A stretch of 64,000 nt of DNA, from NCBI RefSeq assembly GCF_020037015.1, contig NZ_JAIQDE010000007.1, positions 243,886 through 307,885 of the forward strand, in the 5' to 3' direction. Shown here one piece after another: positions 9,023-17,296 of this stretch. This stretch comes from Corallococcus sp. AS-1-6. Its GTDB lineage: Bacteria; Myxococcota; Myxococcia; Myxococcales; Myxococcaceae. The position numbers and the translations under genes were made by a program. How positions within the stretch are numbered: position 1 is the stretch's first letter; every line of letters starts with the position of its first letter. Below the pieces are notes generated by a model, which worked only from the letters and a program-made list of their open reading frames with translations, searched no databases and had not been told where the DNA came from.

Positions 9023-10933
9023 ATGCGTCTCCGTCACCTCGCGCCCCTCCTCCTGGGTCTCCTCGTCCTCGCCGGGGCCGGCTGTGAGCCCGCCCCCGAG
9101 CGGCGGCTGAACGAAGCCGAGCTCCCCCCGCCCTCCGGTCCACGTGTCACCCTCGACGGGCACGACCCGGACACGCACCGGCTGTTCGGCACGGTGTCGA
9201 GCGACGCCGGCGCCTCACGGGTGCAGGTGTTCGAGGACGGGCGCTTCCTGGGCCACGCCGACATCGACGGTGTCCGCTGGAGCCTGCCCTGGTGGCCGGG
9301 CCCGCGCGCGCTGGGGCTGGAGGTGGTGGCTCGCGACAGGCGGGGCTCCGAGGCGCGGGCCCGCGTCGACTTCCAGCACCTGACGTTCGACGCGCGGCCC
9401 GGGCTCTACCAGCCGGAGACGCTGCTGGCGTTGCCCACGGCCCGGGGGCTGCGGACGTACTTCACGCGGGACGGCTCCACGCCCACGCCCGCGTCGTCGC
9501 GCTACACCGCGCCCATCGCGCTGCTCGCGCGCTCCACGCCTCCGGCGCGGTGGTCCTTCGTCCCCACGACGCCGCTGGACGCGGTGGAGGCCTTGCGGTG
9601 GGTCGCGCCGCTGGAGGAGCCGCCCCAGGTCGCGGTGGTGCGCTACCGGCAGTTCGCGGGCGCGGAGCCGGCGGGCCCGGTCCGCACGCGCACGTTCGTC
9701 ATCGGCCGGGCGCCGTACTCGCTGCCGGTGCTGTCGCTCGTCACCGACGCGGCGAACTTCTTCGACCCGGCGAAGGGCATCTACGTCCCCGGCCTCCTCG
9801 CCGAGGCCCGGCCTGACGACCCATTCGCGGCCAACTACCTGCGGAACGGCAAGGAGTGGGAGCGGCCCGTCCACGTGGAGTGGTTCGAGACGTCCGGCGA
9901 GCGCGTGTTCGACCAGGACGCGGGCGTGCGCATCCACGGCACGGGCAGCGCGGTGATGCCGCAGAAGAGCCTGCGGCTGTACGCGAAGGAGGACTACGGC
10001 CCGAAGACGTTCGCGGGCCCGGTGTTCCCCGTCTCCCCGGTGACGGAGTTCACCCGGCTGCTGGTGCGCACGTCCGGACAGGACCAGGGCATCACCAAGC
10101 TGCGCGACTGCGTGCTGCAGGGCCTGCTGGCGGAGACGCGGCTCGCGCTCCAGGCCTGCCGTCCCACGCTCGTGTTCCTCAACGGCGAGTACTGGGGCTT
10201 GCACGAACTACGCGAGCGCCTGGACGAGTACTACCTGGCGTCGCACTACGGCGTGGACCGCAAGAAGGCCGTCATCCTGGAGGGCTCCGGGGTCCTGGAC
10301 GTGGGGGAGGAGGGGGACGAGCAGCCCTACCAGGAGCTCATCGACTACGTGGCGACGCACGACCTGGCGGTGCCGGAGCACTCCGCCTGGGTGCGCGCGC
10401 GCATGGACGTGGAGGACTTCATCGACTACCAGGTCGCGCAGCTCTACCTGGGCAACACGGACTGGCCGCACAACAACGTGAAGTTCTGGCGGCTGCGCAC
10501 GAAGGAGCCCGAGCCGGACGCGCCCCATGGACACGACGGCCGCTGGCGCTGGCTCGTGTACGACCTGGACGTCGCCCTGGTCCACGGCCCGGCCCAGGAC
10601 AGCCTGGGGCGCGTGCTGGACGGCACGTCGGACGTGGCGCCCTGGTCCACGCTGCTCTTGAGGGGGCTGCTCCAGTCGCCGGAGTTCAAGGCCCGCTTCG
10701 TCGAGCGCTTCCTCTGGCACGCCGAGCACACGTTCGCTCCGGAGCGGGTGACGGCGGCGCTGGACGCGGCGGTGGAGGCGCTCGAACTGGAGATGCCCGG
10801 CCAGGTGGCGCGCTGGAGCCAGCCGGCCTCCATGGCGGGGTGGCGCGCGAACCTCCTGGACCTGCGGGAGACGCTGCGTCAGCGGCCGGCGTTCATGCGC
10901 CGGCTGCTGGAGCAGTACCTGGGGCCTCAGTAG
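9023..10933 (+). CDS. CotH kinase-family lipoprotein
   Basis: The lipoprotein signal is LLGLLVLAGAGC. CotH-family signature stretches are FLNGEYWGLHELRE and YQVAQLYLGNTDWPHNNVKFWR. Confidence 0.8.
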   Translation: MRLRHLAPLLLGLLVLAGAGCEPAPERRLNEAELPPPSGPRVTLDGHDPDTHRLFGTVSSDAGASRVQVFEDGRFLGHADIDGVRWSLPWWPGPRALGLEVVARDRRGSEARARVDFQHLTFDARPGLYQPETLLALPTARGLRTYFTRDGSTPTPASSRYTAPIALLARSTPPARWSFVPTTPLDAVEALRWVAPLEEPPQVAVVRYRQFAGAEPAGPVRTRTFVIGRAPYSLPVLSLVTDAANFFDPAKGIYVPGLLAEARPDDPFAANYLRNGKEWERPVHVEWFETSGERVFDQDAGVRIHGTGSAVMPQKSLRLYAKEDYGPKTFAGPVFPVSPVTEFTRLLVRTSGQDQGITKLRDCVLQGLLAETRLALQACRPTLVFLNGEYWGLHELRERLDEYYLASHYGVDRKKAVILEGSGVLDVGEEGDEQPYQELIDYVATHDLAVPEHSAWVRARMDVEDFIDYQVAQLYLGNTDWPHNNVKFWRLRTKEPEPDAPHGHDGRWRWLVYDLDVALVHGPAQDSLGRVLDGTSDVAPWSTLLLRGLLQSPEFKARFVERFLWHAEHTFAPERVTAALDAAVEALELEMPGQVARWSQPASMAGWRANLLDLRETLRQRPAFMRRLLEQYLGPQ

Positions 10934-11280
10934 CCGTAGGAGCCGCTGCGCACGTCCACCAGCCGGCCGTCGCGGAAGATGGCCACCTGCATCAGCCGGT
11001 GGGGCCCGAAGTTGTAGGTCCACTCCTCCACGGTCGTGGAGGTCGTGACCTCCGTGGAGGCCTCGCCGTAGCGCGTCCGGTCCCGCGTCCCTTCCTTGAC
11101 CTTCTGGGTCACGTACTCCGTCCTGCTCTGCTTCGTCACCGGCTCGCCGCACTTGGCCAGCGCGTCCGTCTGCGAGGCCCCCTCCGACACGAGCTTGTTC
11201 TCACAGCGCAGCGCGGACGCGTGGACGAGCGAGGGCAGGGCGAGGCAGGCGACGACGAGGGCGGCGGGGAGGGTGCGCAT
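10927..11280 (-). CDS. small secreted protein, DUF2845-like
   Basis: The 117-aa ORF has a signal peptide MRTLPAALVVACLALPSLVHASA and a conserved-looking C-terminus. Its 3' end overlaps the convergent CotH gene by 7 bp. Confidence 0.6.
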   Translation of the reverse strand: MRTLPAALVVACLALPSLVHASALRCENKLVSEGASQTDALAKCGEPVTKQSRTEYVTQKVKEGTRDRTRYGEASTEVTTSTTVEEWTYNFGPHRLMQVAIFRDGRLVDVRSGSYGY

Positions 11281-11380
11281 GGGGGACGCTCCGGGGAGTG
11301 GGAAGGGGCAGGGAACACGGCCAGGACGCGGCGGACCCGAAACTATTCAACCCTCCGTGCGCTTTCCCGCCGGGCAGCCG

Positions 11381-12658
11381 CTACAGGCCGCCCTTCGCCT
11401 TGAGGGTGCGCGCCACCTCGTCCGCCATCACGCGGTGGCCTTCCACGGACGGGTGGATGCCGTCCACCTCCAGCCCGTCGATGAAGAGGTCCACGTTGCC
11501 CGGCTGGCGCGTCACGGCCTCCAGGTCGATGAGCTGCGCGCGCGTCTGGGAGCGCAGCCACGCGTTGAACTCGTGGCGCTGGGCCTTCATCAGCTCGAAG
11601 TCCCCGCCGTCCGCGCCCATCTTCTCCTTGGGCAGCAGCGTGCTCACCCACAGCCGGCACAGGGGCTGGAGCTGATCCAGCAACTGCGTCATGCGCTGCT
11701 GCAGCTTCGGCACCGTCATGCCCTCCGCGGCCAGGTCGTTGACGCCCAAGAGGACGATGCAGTCGGTGACGCCCTGCAGGGAGAGCACCTCCTGCGGCAG
11801 TTGGAGGTTCGCGTCCCAGAAGCCCTGCCCGGACGCGCCCGAGTTCACCACCGGCACCCCGAGCTGCTTCTCCACCCGGGACGGCCACGCGTTGCGCGTG
11901 TCGTTGAACGTGCCCGTGTAGCCCTCCGTGATGCTGTCTCCAATGGCGACGAAGGCCCGGCCCGGCGCGCCCTCCACGTCCACCGTCGCCACGCCCGTGG
12001 CGTACTCCCAGGCCTGGCCGCCCAGCGCGCCCTGCGTCGTCGCGTAGGCGCCGGCCTTCATCCAACTGTCCGGGAACGCCTGGATGCGGCTCTTGCCCAG
12101 CGCGCCCTTCACCTCGAAGGAGATGGCCAGCTCGTCGCGGAAGCCCACCGGGAAGGAAACCGGATCCGACGTCACCAGCGTGCGCGTGCCCGTGGTGAAG
12201 CCCGGCTGGCCGCCGAAGGTGAGCGCCACCGGAGCGGAGTCCAGCGCGCCGTTGTTGCCCGCCTTCGCCACCGTGGCCCGCTGCAGCGTCAGGCTGCCGT
12301 CGCCGGAGCGGAAGGTGACGCGCACGCGGCTGCCCGCGCGCCCCAGGGGGACCTTGAGCCGGTACGTGGTGAAGGTCCCCACGGAGACGGATTCGCGCAG
12401 CGACTGGTGGAAGGCGGGCTGGAACTTCGTGGGCAGGGGCGCCACGGGCGGCGTGGCCTGCACCTGGTGCCCGTCATGCAGCGTCAGCGTGGGGGCGGCC
12501 TCCACGGACCCCTCGGCGGCGGGCGCGGTCACCTCCGCGTCCGTGCGGCCCTGCCCGGAGGGCTCCTCGGGCGAGCGGCCGTCATCCATGCCTCCACACC
12601 CCACCAGCACGCCCAGGGCTCCGAAGCACCCCCAGCGCAGCGCCTTCCTCAGACCCAT
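11381..12658 (-). CDS. SGNH/GDSL-family hydrolase lipoprotein
   Basis: The motif is GDSITEGY, with a GVNDL block downstream. The lipobox is LVGCGG after MGLRKALRWGCFGALGVL. The start is the ATG at 12658, 11 codons inside the ORF-track GTG at 12691. Confidence 0.75.
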   Translation of the reverse strand: MGLRKALRWGCFGALGVLVGCGGMDDGRSPEEPSGQGRTDAEVTAPAAEGSVEAAPTLTLHDGHQVQATPPVAPLPTKFQPAFHQSLRESVSVGTFTTYRLKVPLGRAGSRVRVTFRSGDGSLTLQRATVAKAGNNGALDSAPVALTFGGQPGFTTGTRTLVTSDPVSFPVGFRDELAISFEVKGALGKSRIQAFPDSWMKAGAYATTQGALGGQAWEYATGVATVDVEGAPGRAFVAIGDSITEGYTGTFNDTRNAWPSRVEKQLGVPVVNSGASGQGFWDANLQLPQEVLSLQGVTDCIVLLGVNDLAAEGMTVPKLQQRMTQLLDQLQPLCRLWVSTLLPKEKMGADGGDFELMKAQRHEFNAWLRSQTRAQLIDLEAVTRQPGNVDLFIDGLEVDGIHPSVEGHRVMADEVARTLKAKGGL

Positions 12659-12874
12659 GCCCACGACCTCCCGGCGCAAGACAATGTGCACGATCTGCCC
12701 GCGTGGCGACCCGGGGATTCATGGCGCGCGCCAATCCCAGCGGGCCATGAACATCCCCCGCCAGGGAGCGGACGGCGCAGGACTTCCCCCACGCGGTGGC
12801 GGGCCGGGCCCCTGGAGGACCCGCGCGCTCGCCACCCCGGGCAGGGGCGCGGCCTTCCGTGGGCAATCCGTTGC

Positions 12875-13771
12875 CTACGGGACGCAGGCCCCCACGTCGC
12901 CGTCGTTGTTGTTGATGGGCCGGCAGGTCGCGCCGTTCGCGCACCCCGGTGAGCCCGAGGGCAGGCGGCACAGCGTCCGGCACGCGCCGCCGCCGCCGCC
13001 GGTCATCACGCAGGTGCTGCCCCGTGAACACTGGTTGCTGAACTCGCACGCCGCGCCTTCCGTCCGCGACCCCTGGCCCGCGCACACCGAGCCGGTGGCG
13101 GCCGGGTAGCAGGCCAGCGGGCTCTCGCAGTCCTGCGCGAAGGCATCGCACCGCGCGGACGCGGGGCCGCACACCAGCGGCAGCTCGCGCGTGCCGGACA
13201 GCCGCAGCACGGTGTTGCACTCGCCCGTGCCGCAGTCGGAGGTCGCGTGGCACAGCTCGCGGCAGAAGAAGCCGACGCCGCCGTCGCCCTGCGACTCGTC
13301 CTTGCAGTACAGGCCCGCAGCGCACGTGTCGTACGTCTGGCCCGGAGGCGACTCGGCCAGCGTGCACGGCGCGCCCTCCGTGGCGGTGCCCGCCGCGACG
13401 CACTGGCGCTCGGTGGTGCCGGCGTCGGAGCCCACGTACGTGCACCGCTGTCCGGACGGACAGTCCTGGCGGACCACGTCGCACGCGGCCGCGAAGCACT
13501 GGCTGCCCGTGCCGCCGTCCGCCAGGTCCGTGTACAGACAGCTCTGGCCCGCGGCGCAGCCCTCCTGCTTCGTCACGTTGCACGCGAAGTCGGAGCTTCC
13601 ACCGCCGCCGCCATCACCCGCGTCGACAGTCCCGGAATCTCCGGCGTCGGCCCCGGAATCCAGGGTGGTCCCGCCATCCGTTGGCGGGCGGACAGTCCCG
13701 CCGTCATCGCAGCCCGCCACCCACAGCCCCAGCATCAGGGCGCCACCCAACAACACGAGACGTGCACTCAT
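12875..13771 (-). CDS. cysteine-rich repeat lipoprotein (myxobacterial Cys-rich repeat type)
   Basis: The lipobox is LWVAGCDDGG. Recurring C-x2-G-x-C ... C-x2-C spacings appear throughout, for example CAAGQSC, CPSGQRC, CAAGLYC, CGTGEC. A Gly/Asp-rich linker is present. Confidence 0.7.
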   Translation of the reverse strand: MSARLVLLGGALMLGLWVAGCDDGGTVRPPTDGGTTLDSGADAGDSGTVDAGDGGGGGSSDFACNVTKQEGCAAGQSCLYTDLADGGTGSQCFAAACDVVRQDCPSGQRCTYVGSDAGTTERQCVAAGTATEGAPCTLAESPPGQTYDTCAAGLYCKDESQGDGGVGFFCRELCHATSDCGTGECNTVLRLSGTRELPLVCGPASARCDAFAQDCESPLACYPAATGSVCAGQGSRTEGAACEFSNQCSRGSTCVMTGGGGGACRTLCRLPSGSPGCANGATCRPINNNDGDVGACVP

Positions 13772-13901
13772 CCGGAAACTCCTGGCGTCGAAGTAGCCTG
13801 GGACTTACACGAGCCATTCCGTTGTCCGGGGGCCCTTGAACCGGGCCTGGAAACCAGCCGACACTTCCGGTTTGAGAACCGAGGGGGTCAGGGTGCGCAT
13901 G

Positions 13902-14255
13902 AACACGAAGTTGGATGGGCCGGTGGAGCCAGACCCGTACATGAACCGCCGCGCCGAGGAGCGCGTGGCGGCGCGGTTCGAAGTGCGTTTCGAGCAGATG
14001 GAGGACGCGGCGCGCGCGCTGCGGGCCTACTCGCTGAACCTGTCCGCGGGCGGGCTGTGCCTGCGCACGCGCAAGTCCTACGACGTGGGCGCGCAGGTGC
14101 GGCTGGCCATGGTCATCGACGGGGAGGAGTTCCACCTCACCGGCGTCGTGGCCTGGGTGCGCGACGAGGCGGAGGCCATCGGCGTGCGCTTCATCGACGT
14201 GAGCGAGGAGGACCACGAGCGCCTGCGCCGCGTGGTCGCGAGCTTCAAGCGCTGA
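13902..14255 (+). CDS. stand-alone PilZ-domain protein (putative c-di-GMP receptor)
   Basis: The motifs are RRAEERV and NLSAGGLCLRT, matching the RxxxR ... D/NxSxxG PilZ signature. The start is ATG 13902, with GAGGGGG about 11 nt upstream. The ORF-track start at 13836 is less likely. Confidence 0.7.
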   Translation, partial: NTKLDGPVEPDPYMNRRAEERVAARFEVRFEQMEDAARALRAYSLNLSAGGLCLRTRKSYDVGAQVRLAMVIDGEEFHLTGVVAWVRDEAEAIGVRFIDVSEEDHERLRRVVASFKR

Positions 14256-14277
14256 AGCCGCATCCGCCGCGGGAGGT

Positions 14278-14297
14278 GCCCGGCCAGCACGCCGGGC
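14278..14297. terminator. GC hairpin between convergent PilZ and GNAT genes
   Basis: gcccggc-cagcac-gccgggc forms a perfect 7-bp stem 23 nt after the PilZ stop. A possible outer ccgcg/cgcgg extension exists. Confidence 0.35.
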
Positions 14298-14315
14298 CCT
14301 CGCGGCACCCTGCCG

Positions 14316-14783
14316 CTACTTCTGGGGCTCGTACTCCGAGTGGCGGAACACCCCGGAGTCACCCTCCACGTAGCCGCACGCCCGGTAGAAGGCGCGCGTC
14401 TCCTCGGTGACGTTGATGGGGGCGATGAGCTGCAACTGCTTCACGCTCAGCACCTTGCCCCGCTGCGCCACCTGCGCGAGCAGCGCGCGGCCCACGCCCC
14501 GGCGGCGCCAGCCCTCGGACACCACCAGCTCGTCCACGGTGGCCACGCGCCCGCGCAGCCGAAGCTGCGGCCGGTGGGAGAAGGACACCATGCCCACCGC
14601 GCGGTCCTGCGGGTCTCCCGCGACGAAGATCTCAATCTCCGGATGGCTGATGACCCAGTGCACCGTCTGCTGATCGGTGCCCTGGGGGTAGCCCAGCTCA
14701 CGCAGCAGCTGGGCCATGACCTCGGCGTCGCCGCGACGCGCGCGGCGGATCCGGAAGGCGTTGGCGTCTGGGGCGGGGGTCAT
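14316..14783 (-). CDS. GNAT family N-acetyltransferase
   Basis: The acetyl-CoA binding block is VDELVVSEGWRRRGVGRALL (Q/RxxGxG/A). The start is ATG 14783 (MTPAPDANAF). The ORF track extends to 14846. Confidence 0.75.
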   Translation of the reverse strand: MTPAPDANAFRIRRARRGDAEVMAQLLRELGYPQGTDQQTVHWVISHPEIEIFVAGDPQDRAVGMVSFSHRPQLRLRGRVATVDELVVSEGWRRRGVGRALLAQVAQRGKVLSVKQLQLIAPINVTEETRAFYRACGYVEGDSGVFRHSEYEPQK

Positions 14784-14901
14784 GGTGCGGACGATGGGCT
14801 GGGACACGGAAGTTGGGATTCTAACGACTGGGCCGCCGGCCTCCAAAGAGGAACGGCGGCCCGGATGTCTTTCTGCGGTGGGGGCGGAACCGGCGCCGGC
14901 C

Positions 14902-15957
14902 CTACGGCTGCTCGCGGCAGAGCGAGCGCAGGGCGGTGGTGATGTCGTTCTGCTGCGGCACGGACGCCATCTCCAGCGCGTCCGCCAGGCCGATGCCCGG
15001 GACGAACTTGCCGGCGACCAGCCGGGGCGGCGCGAGCAGCGAGTAGAACAGCTCCTCCACGGTGCGCCGGACCAGGTGCTCGCCGAAGTTGGTGACCTCG
15101 GTGTCCTCGTTGACGAAGAGCACGCGGCCCGTCTTCTGGACGGAGGCCTTGATCATCTCCCAGTCGTACGGCCAGAGCGAGCGCAGGTCGATGACCTCCA
15201 CGCTCAGGCCTTCCTCCGCCAACTGCGCGGCGGCCTTGATGCACAGGGGCATGGTGCGGCCGTAGCTGATGACCGTGGCCTGGGTGCCCTCGCGCACGAG
15301 CTTGCCCTTGCCAATGGGGATGGCGAACGCCTCCACCAGCGGCCACTGGGGCTTCCACTGCGAGCGGTCACCCAGGGGCGCGTCGATCATCTTCGACAGC
15401 GCGCGGTCGTCGTCGGGCTCGCCCGGGATGCGCTCCTCGCCCTTCACGCGCAACAGCGCCTTGGGCTCCAGGAACATGACGGGGTTGGGGTCCTGGCACG
15501 CGGAGATGAGCAGGCCGTACGCGTCCAGCGGCGTGGAGGGCATGACGACCTTCCAGCCGGGGATGTGCGTCATCGTCGCGTCGAAGGAATGCGAGTGGTA
15601 CAGCGACCCGCGGATGCCGCTGCCCACGGGCGTGCGCACCACCATGGGCACCGCCCAGTCCCCGTTGGTGGCCCAGTGCGTGTTGCCCGCCAGCTTGAGC
15701 AGGTCGATGGTGTTGTAGATGTAGTCGCAGAACTGGATCTCCGCGACGGGGCGGTGGCCCGCCATCGCCAGGCCCATGGCCGCGCCGATGATGCCGCGCT
15801 CGTCCAGGGGGCTGTTCCACGCCGTCTTCAGGCCCTGCGTGCAGGTGAAGACGCCGCCCAGCGGGGCGCCCACGTCCTCGCCGAAGATGTCGGTGACGCC
15901 CAGGTTCTCTTCCGCGTAGTGCAGGGCCATCCGGATGGCCTGTGCCATGTTCGCCAT
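14902..15957 (-). CDS. 2-oxoisovalerate (branched-chain alpha-keto acid) dehydrogenase E1 component, beta subunit
   Basis: Transketolase-like pyrimidine-binding and C-terminal domains are present, for example GEDVG...GGVF and EPKALL. It lies immediately downstream of the alpha subunit, 2 bp away. Confidence 0.9.
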   Translation of the reverse strand: MANMAQAIRMALHYAEENLGVTDIFGEDVGAPLGGVFTCTQGLKTAWNSPLDERGIIGAAMGLAMAGHRPVAEIQFCDYIYNTIDLLKLAGNTHWATNGDWAVPMVVRTPVGSGIRGSLYHSHSFDATMTHIPGWKVVMPSTPLDAYGLLISACQDPNPVMFLEPKALLRVKGEERIPGEPDDDRALSKMIDAPLGDRSQWKPQWPLVEAFAIPIGKGKLVREGTQATVISYGRTMPLCIKAAAQLAEEGLSVEVIDLRSLWPYDWEMIKASVQKTGRVLFVNEDTEVTNFGEHLVRRTVEELFYSLLAPPRLVAGKFVPGIGLADALEMASVPQQNDITTALRSLCREQP

Positions 15958-15959
15958 GG

Positions 15960-16967
15960 TTACTTCTTCTCCGCGTAGATGTGGTCCCAGATGGAGTCGC
16001 CAGAGGGCTGCGGCTCGTCGCGCACGGTGCGCGCCGCGGCGGCCAGCTCCTCCGTGTAGCGGTTGCGCGCCTCGTCCATCTGCTTGCGGTCGAGGACGCC
16101 CTCCTGCTCCAGCCGCGCCTCGAACAGGCGCAGGCAGTCCTGCTCCTCGTTCACGAAGTTGGCGCCGGACGCGGACGAGTGCCCGTACAGGCGCGACACG
16201 CGCGCCTCGATGAAGTACGGCTTGCGCTCCTTGCGCACGTAGTCCATCGCGGCCTGGAGCTCCTGGTAGGACTCCACCGGATCATTGCCGTTGATGACCT
16301 TCGCCGGGATGTTGAAGGCGCGCGCGCGGTCCGCGATGTTCGTCTCGCCGTGCTGGCCGTCCGAGGTGGTGCTGATGCCCCACTTGTTGTTCGTGACGAT
16401 GATCAGGATGGGCAGCGGGTTCGCCGGGCGGCTGCTCCAGATGAGGCAACTGGCGAAATCGCCCTCGGCCGTCCCCGCGTCGCCGCCGGTGACGATGCTG
16501 ATGCCGTCGCCGCCGTGGCGCTTCTGGGCCATGGCCGTGCCCGGCGCGATGGCGTACTGCACCTCAATGGGGGAGGTGACGGGCGCGATGTTCTTCGAGC
16601 GCCGGCTGAAGTGGCCCGCGAAGTTGCGGCCGCCGGAGTAGGGGTCCGTGGCCGTGTTCTTCATCTGCCGCAGCGCCCCGATGGGCTCCTCGCCCATGGC
16701 GAGCAGCGTCGCGGACTGGCGGTAGTGCGCGTGCAGGTAGTCGTAGGCCGGGCCCTCGCCGACCTTCATCAGCATGCCCAGGGGGACGTTGAACGCCTCC
16801 TCACCGGGGCCGCCGATCCAGAAGTAGCCGTGGCCCTGCTTGTACATCTGGATCAGGCGCTCCTCCAGGACGCGCGCCTTCACCATCAGGTCATGGATGC
16901 GGATGAGCTGCTCTCGGGGCAGGGAGAGCGGCGCGGAGTTTTCTTTGATCAACCGGGGCCGTGACAC
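15960..16967 (-). CDS. 2-oxoisovalerate dehydrogenase E1 component, alpha subunit (TPP-dependent)
   Basis: The TPP-binding block is GDGGTAEGDF...NNKWGIST. The alpha-then-beta gene order matches bkd/esg-type loci. Confidence 0.9.
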   Translation of the reverse strand: MSRPRLIKENSAPLSLPREQLIRIHDLMVKARVLEERLIQMYKQGHGYFWIGGPGEEAFNVPLGMLMKVGEGPAYDYLHAHYRQSATLLAMGEEPIGALRQMKNTATDPYSGGRNFAGHFSRRSKNIAPVTSPIEVQYAIAPGTAMAQKRHGGDGISIVTGGDAGTAEGDFASCLIWSSRPANPLPILIIVTNNKWGISTTSDGQHGETNIADRARAFNIPAKVINGNDPVESYQELQAAMDYVRKERKPYFIEARVSRLYGHSSASGANFVNEEQDCLRLFEARLEQEGVLDRKQMDEARNRYTEELAAAARTVRDEPQPSGDSIWDHIYAEKK

Positions 16968-17296
16968 GGGCGGAGGACCTCGAAGGGAAAGAAAGGGACG
17001 CCCCTATACTCCGAACGCGGCCTCCCGGCTCAAGGACCTGTTGGCCGCCGTGTTCGCCAGCACCTTTCCGCCCCCGGGGTGGCGCGACGCGGCAATGAGC
17101 GGAACTCATCCATGCCCCGTGACGTGCTGTTCCAGGAGCGCTCCCGGTCCGGGTTGATCGCACGGCCGCTGGGGGACCGGCGGAGGGAGCACCCGCGAGG
17201 AATTGCCCGACAGGTGGACTCCTCGCGTCAATCAGGAAGTGCGATACAGTCCGCCCCGCCCCGACCGCGTTCGTCACGACGCGGGCTCCCCCAGGT

